Positions 33,114 to 42,131 of a stretch of 64,000 nt of DNA are shown here, one piece after another (position 1 is the first letter of the stretch; each line of letters begins with the position of its first letter). The notes below the pieces were generated by a model that saw only the letters and a program-made list of their open reading frames with translations, did not search any database and was not told where the DNA came from. Source of the stretch: Acidimicrobiales bacterium (GTDB taxonomy: Bacteria > Actinomycetota > Acidimicrobiia > Acidimicrobiales > CATQHL01); the NCBI GenBank assembly GCA_965116465.1, contig OZ220687.1, forward strand, positions 2,436,596 to 2,500,595, read 5' to 3'. The position numbers were made by a program, and so were the translations under genes.

Positions 33114-33989
33114 GGGCTCGGGCAGACGCGGCGCCGGCGACTCGGAGGCGAGACGCCGGAGGCGCGCGCGGCGCGCCTCCGGCTCATCGAGGCGAGCAAC
33201 TTCGAAGTGATCCCGCTGCGCAGCCTGGACGCAGCTCTCTCGGATCTGCCCGCCGGATCGCGGGTCTCGGTGACGGCGTCGCCGACGAAGGGCCTGGACG
33301 CCACCCTGGAGATCACCGAGAAGCTGCTCGCCGGAGGGCACCGTGCCGTCCCGCACATCTCGGCGCGCCTCGTGCGTGACCCCTCCCACACCCGTGCGAT
33401 CGCCTCCTGGCTGCGGGCCACCGAGGTCACCGAGATCTTCCTGGTAGGCGGCGACGTCGTCGAGCCGGAGCACTATCACGACGCGCTGAGCTTCCTGGCC
33501 GACCTGCTGGAGAGCGATCACGGGCTGCGGCGCGTGGGCGTCACGGCGTACCCCGACGGCCATCCGCTGATCGAGCCCGCGGTCTTGCAGGAGGCGCTGC
33601 ACGCCAAGCAGGCAATGCTGGCCGAGGCGGGCCTGGACGGCTACTGCAGCACGCAGATGTGCTTCGACGCCGCCCGCATCGTGGGCTGGCTGGGCGCCGA
33701 GCGCCGGGCGGGTCTGAGGTTGCCGGCACATCTCGGCATCGCCGGCGTGGTGGACCGCGCCAAGCTGCTCAGCATCGGCGTCCGCTTGGGAATCGGGCAG
33801 TCGCTGCGCTACCTGCGCAAGAACCGCCGCGCGGTCGCCAGGCTGATGACCGTGCCGCACTACGACCCGAACGACCTGCTGGTACCGCTGAGCGCGCACG
33901 TGGTGGAGTTGGATATCCGGGAGCTGCACGTGTTCACGTTCAACCAGGTGGCGGCCACCGTCGCATGGCGGGAGCGGAACCTGCGTTGA
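33111..33989 (+). CDS. metF: Methylenetetrahydrofolate reductase family protein
   Basis: FEVIPLRSLDAALSDLP and VTAYPDGHPLIE. ATG 33111 (track uses TTG 33108). Confidence 0.7.
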   Translation: MGLGQTRRRRLGGETPEARAARLRLIEASNFEVIPLRSLDAALSDLPAGSRVSVTASPTKGLDATLEITEKLLAGGHRAVPHISARLVRDPSHTRAIASWLRATEVTEIFLVGGDVVEPEHYHDALSFLADLLESDHGLRRVGVTAYPDGHPLIEPAVLQEALHAKQAMLAEAGLDGYCSTQMCFDAARIVGWLGAERRAGLRLPAHLGIAGVVDRAKLLSIGVRLGIGQSLRYLRKNRRAVARLMTVPHYDPNDLLVPLSAHVVELDIRELHVFTFNQVAATVAWRERNLR

Positions 33990-34055
33990 GGCCCGCCGGA
34001 CCGGTCGATTTGCGCCGGAACGGACCCGGTACGGAGCGGTAGGCTGATCGCCGCC

Positions 34056-34853
34056 ATGGTCACCTCACCGCCCGATCTTCCCGGCGCAGGCTCTTCCGGA
34101 GGCGACGCCACCTCCGGTCCCGTCCTGACCTTCGACGGGGTCTCCAAGGTCTTCCCCGACGGCACGCACGCCCTCGAGGGCGTCAGCTTCTCGGTCAGCC
34201 GCGGCGAGTTCGTGACGCTGGTCGGGCCCTCGGGCTGCGGGAAGTCGACACTCCTGCGCATCGCCTCCAATCTCGACACTGCGACCGGGGGGACGATGCA
34301 GGTCGACCAGGATCGCATCGGCTACATCTTCCAGGACGCGACGCTGATGCCGTGGCGCACGGTGCTCGGCAACGTGGAGTTGCTCGGCGAGTTGCACGGA
34401 TACTCCCGCGAGGAGCGCCGCCGCCTGGCGAAGGCGGCCATCGGTACCGTCGGCCTCGACGGGTTCGAGGGTCACTATCCCAAGGCGCTCTCCGGCGGCA
34501 TGCGCATGCGGGCCTCCATCGCCCGCACGCTCACCCTGAACCCGCCGCTGTTCCTGTTCGACGAGCCGTTCGGGGCGCTGGACGAGATCACGCGCGAGCG
34601 CCTCAACGAGGAGACGCTCTCGCTGTTCATGCGCGAGCAGTTCGCGGCGCTGTTCATCACGCACTCCATCTACGAGGCCGTCTACCTCTCGACACGGGTG
34701 CTGGTGATGTCGCCGCGGCCGGGGCGCATCGTGGCCGGTTTCGATGTCCCCTTCGACTATCCCCGTGCACAGAGTTTGCGGTACGAAGCGAAGTTCGCAG
34801 AGCTGACGGGTGCCGTCTCTGCCGCCCTGCGGGGATCCTTCGCCCACGACTGA
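34056..34853 (+). CDS. ABC transporter ATP-binding protein (NitT/TauT-like)
   Basis: Walker A LVGPSGCGKSTLLRI, signature LSGGMRMRASIARTL, Walker B LFLFDEPFGALD. Confidence 0.85.
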   Translation: MVTSPPDLPGAGSSGGDATSGPVLTFDGVSKVFPDGTHALEGVSFSVSRGEFVTLVGPSGCGKSTLLRIASNLDTATGGTMQVDQDRIGYIFQDATLMPWRTVLGNVELLGELHGYSREERRRLAKAAIGTVGLDGFEGHYPKALSGGMRMRASIARTLTLNPPLFLFDEPFGALDEITRERLNEETLSLFMREQFAALFITHSIYEAVYLSTRVLVMSPRPGRIVAGFDVPFDYPRAQSLRYEAKFAELTGAVSAALRGSFAHD

Positions 34854-34930
34854 CCGCGGCGGCCCGCCGCCGGGCGCGGGACCCACCGGCAACAGGCGGC
34901 GACCGACGATCATCCAGGCAGGAGGCAGGT

Positions 34931-36082
34931 ATGGAGACCGGAGTCTTCTTCTTCGGAGCGGTGGAGATGGGCGATGTGGGGGCCGGCCCGCCGGTGCCCA
35001 CCGACCGTCGCTACACCCAACAGGAGATGTGGTACGCCTCCGAGCGCATGCTCGACATGGGTGTGGCCGCCGAGCAGGCCGGCTTCGATGTCTTCTGGCT
35101 GACCGAGCACCACTTCCAGTACGAGGGCTACGAGGTGCTGCCCAACGCGCTGCTCTTCGGCGCCGTGCTGGCCGAGCGCACCGAGCGCATCAAGATCGGG
35201 GCGCTGTTCAACATCGTGCCGCAGTGGCACCCGTTGCGCCTCGCCGAGGACTTCGCCACGATGCACAACCTCTCGGGAGGACGCGGGGTTCTGGGTGTGG
35301 GCCGCGGCACGGTGCCCCGCGAGGCTGAACCTCTCGGCACCTTCGTGGGCAGTTTCGACAACCCCGACAAGGCGGAGGCCGATCGCATCAACCGCGAGAT
35401 GTTCGACGAGGCGCTCGACGTGATCCTGGCAGCCTTCGAGAACGAGACGTTCGCCTACCACGGCAAGTACTTCAACCTGCCGCCCGAGGGCATCCCCGAC
35501 CGCGGCGGCACCGTGCAGCACCTCACGCTGGTGCCGCGCCCGCTGTACCCCTATGACATCTGGCAGGCCGTGACCTCGCCGCCCACGCTGGAGTACGTGC
35601 CGCGCCGGGGTTGGGGCGGCGTGTTCTGGCTGCGCAACCACAAGTTCATGACCGAGTGGTGGGGGCGCTTCGGCGAGCTGTACGAGAAGGAGCACGGCGT
35701 GGCCCTGGCCCCCGGGGAGAACCGCATGCTGGTGCTCAACGTGCGCGTCGCCGACACCCACGAGCAGGCATTGCGGGACGCCCGCGACGGCCACGACGAG
35801 TTCTGGAAGTTCCTCGGCCCCTACGGCTGGAGTCGCGGCTACATGGCCACCGACGGGCGACCCGCCGCACCGGGACTGATTCCCTCTCTCGAGGAGTCAC
35901 TCGACCAGAAGGTATGGATCGTGGGGACGGCGGAGGATGTGGCCGAGGGGATCGCCGGCTACGCCGAGCAGCTCGGCGGCCTGCAGCACCTGACGCTGTT
36001 CCCGAACTTCCCCGGAGAGACCTACGACGAGGCCGCCGAACACGTGATGCGTTTGGGCGAGGAGGTGCTGCCGCTGCTCTAG
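34931..36082 (+). CDS. LLM-class (luciferase-like) flavin-dependent oxidoreductase
   Basis: ATG 34931 after GGAGG (34921). GFDVFWLTEHHFQYEGYEVLPN. Track start 34352 rejected. Confidence 0.8.
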   Translation: METGVFFFGAVEMGDVGAGPPVPTDRRYTQQEMWYASERMLDMGVAAEQAGFDVFWLTEHHFQYEGYEVLPNALLFGAVLAERTERIKIGALFNIVPQWHPLRLAEDFATMHNLSGGRGVLGVGRGTVPREAEPLGTFVGSFDNPDKAEADRINREMFDEALDVILAAFENETFAYHGKYFNLPPEGIPDRGGTVQHLTLVPRPLYPYDIWQAVTSPPTLEYVPRRGWGGVFWLRNHKFMTEWWGRFGELYEKEHGVALAPGENRMLVLNVRVADTHEQALRDARDGHDEFWKFLGPYGWSRGYMATDGRPAAPGLIPSLEESLDQKVWIVGTAEDVAEGIAGYAEQLGGLQHLTLFPNFPGETYDEAAEHVMRLGEEVLPLL

Positions 36083-36124
36083 GGCGAGACCTTCACGGGC
36101 CACCGGCACCAAGGCGGTGGCCGG

Positions 36125-36853
36125 TCAGCCGACCAGTTCCGCGTCCTCCTTGTAGACCCACGTGCCGAGGGCGAGCAGCCAGGCGGTGATGGGGAAGATG
36201 GCGATGGCGCCGATGGGCAGCACCGCTTCCGCACCCTCGGCGTTGATGCCGATCAGCGTCAGCACGAGGGCCGCGAACGAGATCAGTGCTACGGCCTGCG
36301 CTGCCGCCCGGCGCCTGCCGCTGGCGAACGTCCAGGCCAAACCGCAGCCCAGGAGGGTGTAGCCGATAAATGAGGCCATCAGGAGCCCGACGTCGACCCC
36401 CGCGTCGATGGCGTTGAAGATCTGGGGGAACAGCCAGTAGTCCTCGAGGGGGATTCCGGCGGCACTCGAGAAGCGATCGCTGAGGACGATGGCCCAGTCC
36501 AGGACGGCGGAGGCCATGCCGCAGATGACGGCGACCGTGATGGTGAGGATCCCCGCCCGCGCCACGGCGTCGCCGCTGGAGCTTTCTCGACCGCGTCGCC
36601 ACAGCGCGAACAGCCCGCCGAGGAAGAGGACGTGGCCGAGCAAGTAGAACGTGGCGGTGAGAGTGGTGGCAATGGGGTTGTCCACCTTGGCGACGAGCCT
36701 GTCCTCGACGTCGGCAGGTTCGACCCCCGAGGCCATGTCGATGATCAGTGCCCCCGGTGAGAAAAGACCGGAGAGGAACAGGATCACGACGCCGGCCAGG
36801 AGCATCAGGCCGGTCATCTGGGTTCCGTTCAGTTCTTTGAGCGACTTGAGCAT
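36125..36853 (-). CDS. Integral membrane protein of unknown function
   Basis: Start MLKSLKEL at 36853 with GGAGGA upstream. Several hydrophobic segments. Confidence 0.55.
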   Translation of the reverse strand: MLKSLKELNGTQMTGLMLLAGVVILFLSGLFSPGALIIDMASGVEPADVEDRLVAKVDNPIATTLTATFYLLGHVLFLGGLFALWRRGRESSSGDAVARAGILTITVAVICGMASAVLDWAIVLSDRFSSAAGIPLEDYWLFPQIFNAIDAGVDVGLLMASFIGYTLLGCGLAWTFASGRRRAAAQAVALISFAALVLTLIGINAEGAEAVLPIGAIAIFPITAWLLALGTWVYKEDAELVG

Positions 36854-37137
36854 GCGTCCTCCTTCGCATGGGGGGTCCTGCCCCGTCCGCACCGGGAGTG
36901 TGGAAGCTGCCCGATCACACGGCGTAGAACCCTTGCCGGACGCGACGAAACTAGCACGGCCGCCGGGTTCGATCCGAGAATCAGGATCATGGAGAGTAGT
37001 AGGGTCTTATTGAATAGTTCGTCATATTGGATCTATCACCGTGGATGGTCGAGATTCCGGTGCCCCGGCGCGCCCGGTGCGGCCCTCGCCGGCGGCTCTA
37101 CGATCGCGCCTGTCAGCGGCGGCGATGATTGCGGGTG

Positions 37138-38337
37138 ATGAGCGACGAACTGCTGCGCCGGATCGTGACCGATCCCGGCGCGATTGCCGACCCCTACCCG
37201 CTGCTGCGGGAGCTGCGGGAGACCTCTCCCGTGCACAGGCTCGGCTTTGCCGACTACTGGATCCTGACGCGGTTCGAGGACTGCCGGTCCGTGCTGCGCG
37301 ACCAGCGTCTGGGCAAGCCCGGCGCGGGCGACCTGGTGCCGTCGCTGCGGGGCGCGCCGTCGCGGGACGCGGGCGGCGACCGGTCGATGCTGTTCCTGAA
37401 CCCTCCCGACCACACCCGCATCCGCTCCCTCGTGAGCCGGGCCTTCACTCCCCGGCGCGTGGAGGAACTGCGGGCGTCCATCGAGGCCATGAGCCGCGGA
37501 CTCCTCGACGACCTGGCGGCCGGCGGCGGGGGCGATCTCATGGCCAGGCTGGCCTTCCCGCTGCCCGCCAATGTCATCAGCGAGCTCGTCGGCATTCCGC
37601 GGACCGAGCGCGACTGGCTGCGACCGCTGATCCTGGACCTGGCCGCCATGCTGGAGCCGGCACGCGGGGCCACCGAGGCGGAGCGGGCCAAGGCCTCGCG
37701 CGACATGGTGCGGGCGTATCTCAAGGAGCTGATCGCGCGGCGCCGGGCCGAACCGGCCGACGATCTGCTCTCCGGCCTGATCGCGGCGGTCGACGGCGAC
37801 GACCGGCTCACCGAGAGCGAGATGGTGATGACGGTGATCCTCATCTACGGCGCCGGCTTCGAGACGACCACCAACCTCATCGGCAACATGGTGCACACCC
37901 TGCTGCGCCACCCCGACCAGTTGGCGCGCCTGCGGGCCGACCGGTCGCTGGTACCGGCGGCGGTGGAGGAGGTGCTGCGCTACGAGCCGCCGGTGCAGGT
38001 GGACAGCCGCTATGCCTTCGAGGACGTCGAGATCGCCGGCAACGTGGTGCAGAAGGGGTTCGTCGTGATGACCCTGCTGGGGGCCGCCAACCGGGACCCC
38101 GCCGTCATCGAGGATCCCGACCGGTTCGACGTGGGCCGCAGCGAGATCCCGCTGCTGTCGTTCTCCTCCGGCATCCACTATTGCCTCGGGGCCTCGCTGG
38201 CCCGCCTCGAGGGGCAGGTCGTGCTGGAGGGGCTGCTGGATCGCTTCGGTACCTGGTCGGCACTGGAGGAGAGCCCTCCCTGGAAGCCCCGCCTCACCCT
38301 CCGGGGCCTGGCCCGCCTGCCGGTGGCGCTGTCGTAG
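37138..38337 (+). CDS. Cytochrome P450
   Basis: Heme-thiolate loop FSSGIHYCLGASLARLE, I-helix IYGAGFETTTNLIGN, ExxR EEVLRYEPPV. Confidence 0.9.
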   Translation: MSDELLRRIVTDPGAIADPYPLLRELRETSPVHRLGFADYWILTRFEDCRSVLRDQRLGKPGAGDLVPSLRGAPSRDAGGDRSMLFLNPPDHTRIRSLVSRAFTPRRVEELRASIEAMSRGLLDDLAAGGGGDLMARLAFPLPANVISELVGIPRTERDWLRPLILDLAAMLEPARGATEAERAKASRDMVRAYLKELIARRRAEPADDLLSGLIAAVDGDDRLTESEMVMTVILIYGAGFETTTNLIGNMVHTLLRHPDQLARLRADRSLVPAAVEEVLRYEPPVQVDSRYAFEDVEIAGNVVQKGFVVMTLLGAANRDPAVIEDPDRFDVGRSEIPLLSFSSGIHYCLGASLARLEGQVVLEGLLDRFGTWSALEESPPWKPRLTLRGLARLPVALS

Positions 38338-38352
38338 CCCCCTCTGTCGCCG

Positions 38353-39255
38353 TCAGATCAGCGACTGGCGGACGTCGAAGCGGCGCATCAGCGTGTCGCC
38401 GATGTAGTTGACCGCCATGAGGGTGCAGAACATCACGATGGCCGGGTAGATCGTCAGGTGCGGAGCGTCTGCGAGCTTGCCCTTGGCGACCGCCAGGATG
38501 CCGCCCCAGGTGATGGCAGGCGAAGGCACGCTCTTGCCGATGAAGCTGAGCCCGCCCTCGCCCACGATCACCAGCCCCAGGCCCAGGAAGGTGAAGGCCA
38601 CGACGATGGGAATGAGATTGGGAAGCACTTCGCGGAACAGCAGTCGCGATGTGCGCGCACCCATGCAACGCGCCGCGGTCACGAACTCCCGCTCGCGGAA
38701 GCGCAGTGTCTGTGCCCTGACGATGCGCGCCACGGCGCGCGCGGCGAGGATCGTGACCGCAATGATGACGTTGCGGGTGTTCTGCTCGAGCACCGTGACG
38801 ATGAACAGGGCCAGGATCAGCGCCGGCAGTGACAGCAGGATGTTGATCACGGCGCTGAGGGCCGCGTCGACCCACCCGCCGAAGAAGCCGGCCAGCAGCC
38901 CCATCAGCCCGCCGACCAGGATCCCGACCGCAACGGCGATCGCCGCGATCAGCAACGAGAGGCGACCTCCCCAGACAACCCGGGCGAACATGTCGCGGCC
39001 CAACTCGTCGGTGCCGAACCAGTGTGACCGCCCGACACCCTGCAGCACGTCCCGGGAGTAGCCGTCGGGATCGGCGAGAAACCCCAGCACCGGAGCGAAC
39101 AACACGAAGAAGACCAGCGCCGCCAGCCAGATGGCCGCCAGCCAGAAGCCCAGCGGCTGCTCGGCCAGTCCAAGGCGGCCGGCGCCCCTGCCACGAGTCT
39201 TGCGCCCCCGCAGGATGGCGAGGCTGTCGCGGCCCGGAATGGCCGGGGCCCTCAT
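38353..39255 (-). CDS. ABC transporter permease (peptide/nickel, DppC/OppC-like)
   Basis: Start MRAPAIPG at 39255 overlaps the upstream stop (ATGA). GTDELGRDMFARVVWGGR. Confidence 0.85.
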   Translation of the reverse strand: MRAPAIPGRDSLAILRGRKTRGRGAGRLGLAEQPLGFWLAAIWLAALVFFVLFAPVLGFLADPDGYSRDVLQGVGRSHWFGTDELGRDMFARVVWGGRLSLLIAAIAVAVGILVGGLMGLLAGFFGGWVDAALSAVINILLSLPALILALFIVTVLEQNTRNVIIAVTILAARAVARIVRAQTLRFREREFVTAARCMGARTSRLLFREVLPNLIPIVVAFTFLGLGLVIVGEGGLSFIGKSVPSPAITWGGILAVAKGKLADAPHLTIYPAIVMFCTLMAVNYIGDTLMRRFDVRQSLI

Positions 39256-40265
39256 TGGTTCCGCACCCGTACTCGAGGATCCAGCAGCGGGTAGGTGGCG
39301 TCCACGAGCATGTTCGTGGCCACGAACGCCGCCGCGATGAGGGCGACCAGGGTCTGAACGACCAGGAAGTCCTGGTTGAACACGGCCGAGATGAGATAGG
39401 TGCCGACGCCGTCGAGGTCGAAGATGATCTCCACCACCAGAGCGCCGTTGATGAGTTGGGCGGCGTTGAGGCCGGCGACGGTCACCACCGTGAAGCTCGA
39501 CGGTCGCAGCACGTGGCGCAGCAGGATCCACCAGCGGGGCAGACCCTTGGCTCGGGCCGCCTCCACGTAGTCCTCCTGCAGCGTGGTGATCACGTCGCTG
39601 CGCAGCAGCCGCAGCAGGAACGGCATGATGCTGGCGGTGAGCGTGACCACCGGCAACACCAGCGACTTCCAGTGCGCCAGGAGACCCTCGGTGGGGCCGA
39701 CGTAGCCGCCCAGGTCGAACCACCCCAGCTTGGCGGCGAAGATCAGCGCCAGTATCACACCCAACACGAACGATGGCAGCGCCAGCAGCGAGAACGCCCC
39801 ACCGGTGAGCACGCGGTCCACCCATGTGTCCCGACGGACCGCGCTCAGCATCCCCAGCGGGACCGAGATGACGATGCTCAGGACGGAGGTGTACAGCACC
39901 AGCCATGCGGTAACCGGCAGCTTGTCGCGCAGGCTGTCGGTCACGTCGATGCCATTGCGGTAGGACTCGCCCAGATCGCCGGTGAGCATGTTGCCGAGCC
40001 AGGCGCCGTACTGCGCGAACAGGCCGCGGTCGAGTTCCAGGCGCTCGCGGCACTCTGCCAGGAGTTCCTCGGTGGCGCCGGTTCCCACCGACAGGAAGCA
40101 CGGATCGCTGGGCAGCAGGCTGAGCATCCAGTAAGTGACGAATGTGACGACGATCACCACCACCGCCGTCTGTACGAGCCTGCCGGCCAGCCGCCGCAGG
40201 ACTGCCAGCGGCGTCGCCATGCCGCTGAGGCTCGAACCCCTGGCCGGCATCTCGGTGCGGGTCAC
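39252..40265 (-). CDS. ABC transporter permease (DppB/OppB-like)
   Basis: LVQTAVVVIVVTFVTYWML and EDYVEAARAKGLP. Start uncertain (GTG 40265 or ATG 40220). Confidence 0.85.
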   Translation of the reverse strand: MTRTEMPARGSSLSGMATPLAVLRRLAGRLVQTAVVVIVVTFVTYWMLSLLPSDPCFLSVGTGATEELLAECRERLELDRGLFAQYGAWLGNMLTGDLGESYRNGIDVTDSLRDKLPVTAWLVLYTSVLSIVISVPLGMLSAVRRDTWVDRVLTGGAFSLLALPSFVLGVILALIFAAKLGWFDLGGYVGPTEGLLAHWKSLVLPVVTLTASIMPFLLRLLRSDVITTLQEDYVEAARAKGLPRWWILLRHVLRPSSFTVVTVAGLNAAQLINGALVVEIIFDLDGVGTYLISAVFNQDFLVVQTLVALIAAAFVATNMLVDATYPLLDPRVRVRNQ

Positions 40266-42124
40266 TCGTTCAGCCAGGTCTCGGTGAGGAACGTTCGGCC
40301 TTCCACGATGTTCAGTACCGGGCGGCCGTCCGGTGGCGGCAGCGTGATCCAGCCCAGGTTCTGGACCTCGTCGCGATGGGGGATCTGCCAGCGCACCCAG
40401 TGCAGCCAGATGTTGTGCACCTCCTCGCCGAAGATGCGGTTGACCTCCTCGGCGATCTGCCGCAACTCGTCGCGGTCGGCGGTGAGCGTGGCGCGGATGA
40501 GAGCGTCATCGAGTTCGGGGTTCGTGATGCGCCCCATGTTGATGGCGATGAACCCGGCGTACTCGGAATGCCACCAGACCCGCTCGTTCTGCAGGGTGGC
40601 GCCGTTGTGGTTCCGCCACTGGGCCACCTGGAAGTTCCCCATGACGGCGTTGAGGATCAGCGATCCCTGGTCGATCTGGGCGATCTCCACATCGATGCCG
40701 CAATCCGACCACATCTGGGCGAGCAGTTCCGCCCCGGTGCGGTAGTGGGCGTCGGGCGTCGTGGAGAGGGCGATCGTGCCGGGATCGGGGAGTTCCGCCC
40801 ACAGCGCCCGACCGGCCTCGGGGTCGTAGGCGGGGAATCCGGTGTCGGTGAGGTACCCGGGGGTGTTGGGGCCGAAGGGGCCGTTGGCGATGTCGAAGTT
40901 GCCGGCGGTGCGCAGCAGGTTGTACGTCTCGTAGTCGGTGCAGTGGGCCAGCGCCCGCCGGGCGCGGATGTCGTCGAACGGCGCCTTGGCGTTGTTGATC
41001 AGCAGGTAGAAGGTCTGGAGGAAGCCCTGCTCCTCGATGGTCTTGAAGTTCTCCCGGTACCGCTCGTTGTCCAGACCCAGGTCGTAGTGCGTGACGGTGA
41101 TGTCACCGGTCTCCAGGGCCAGCCTGCGGGCGTCGGGCTCGATGAACGGGCGGTATACGATCCGGTCCAGATAGGGCAGGGAGCGGCCCTCGGCGTCGCT
41201 GCGCCAGTAGTCGGGGTTGCGTTCCACGACGAGTTCGTCGTCGGGGATCCACGACTTGAACACGAAGGGCCCGGTGCCCACCGGATTGGCCGCCCCGTCG
41301 GGATCGGCGTGCTGGCTGGGGGCGGCCAGGTAGCCCAGCTGGCCGGTCATGCCTGGCGCCAGGCCGGCGAACGGGGCTTTGGTGTACAGCTCAAGGGTGA
41401 GGTCGTCGACCACCTCCCAGCTGTCGATGCGGTTCAGCACCTGCCCGGCGAGAGGATTCTTCAGGATCTGCTGGAAGTGCACGTCCAGCGCGTGGGCGTC
41501 GGCGGGTGTGCCGTCGTGGAAGCTGATGCCGGGGCGCATCCGGAAGGTCCAGACGGTGTAGTCCTCGTTGGCTTCGAAGGACTCCAGCAGGTAGGGCACG
41601 GGTGCCCCGGTCTCGTCCTCGATGACCAGAGGATCGAAGACGGCCCGCATCACGGCGTGGCACGACACGGCGCACTGGGTCGTGGCGGGGTTCCAGCCGT
41701 CGGGGGTCTCGGCCTCCACGGCGAAGATCAGCGTGCCGCCGTAGACGGGCCCGGAAGTGGGCTCGGGGGCTGCCACGGGGGCCGGCGGCGGTGGCGGGGG
41801 GTCACTCGGTGGCGGGGGGTCACTCGGCGGCGGGGCCGGCGCGTCGGGGGCAGGCGGCGGCGCATCGGGTTGGGCGGGAACTGCGACGGGTTCGGAGGGC
41901 GGTGCATCGGGCGCGGCGGGAGGTTCCTCCGGGGCCGCCGGCGGCGTGTCGGGCGCGGCGGGCGGTTCCTCCGGGGCAACGGGTTGCGCGGCATCGCCCG
42001 CTGCCGGCGGCGTCGCCGTCTGCGGGCTGTCGTCGCCACCTCCCCCGCAGGCCGCCGCCACCAGGAGGGCGCCCACCGTGGCGGCGAGGAGTCTGCGGGA
42101 CTGTGGCTTCTGCATGTGTTGCAT
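40262..42124 (-). CDS. ABC substrate-binding lipoprotein, family 5 (peptide/nickel type), paralogue 1
   Basis: Lipobox LLVAAACGGG, long Pro/Ala-rich linker, then an SBP_bac_5-like body (GTGPFVFKSWIPDDELVVERNPDYW). Confidence 0.85.
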   Translation of the reverse strand: MQHMQKPQSRRLLAATVGALLVAAACGGGGDDSPQTATPPAAGDAAQPVAPEEPPAAPDTPPAAPEEPPAAPDAPPSEPVAVPAQPDAPPPAPDAPAPPPSDPPPPSDPPPPPPAPVAAPEPTSGPVYGGTLIFAVEAETPDGWNPATTQCAVSCHAVMRAVFDPLVIEDETGAPVPYLLESFEANEDYTVWTFRMRPGISFHDGTPADAHALDVHFQQILKNPLAGQVLNRIDSWEVVDDLTLELYTKAPFAGLAPGMTGQLGYLAAPSQHADPDGAANPVGTGPFVFKSWIPDDELVVERNPDYWRSDAEGRSLPYLDRIVYRPFIEPDARRLALETGDITVTHYDLGLDNERYRENFKTIEEQGFLQTFYLLINNAKAPFDDIRARRALAHCTDYETYNLLRTAGNFDIANGPFGPNTPGYLTDTGFPAYDPEAGRALWAELPDPGTIALSTTPDAHYRTGAELLAQMWSDCGIDVEIAQIDQGSLILNAVMGNFQVAQWRNHNGATLQNERVWWHSEYAGFIAINMGRITNPELDDALIRATLTADRDELRQIAEEVNRIFGEEVHNIWLHWVRWQIPHRDEVQNLGWITLPPPDGRPVLNIVEGRTFLTETWLNE

Positions 42125-42131
42125 CTTTCTG

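Noticed and set aside
36965-36975. tRNA T-loop-like GGGTTCGATCC near the P450 upstream region, checked as a possible island attachment site
   Set aside because: Flanking bases cannot form a T-stem (CCGGG versus CGAGA) or an acceptor stem. No cloverleaf, and the position is not at an island border.
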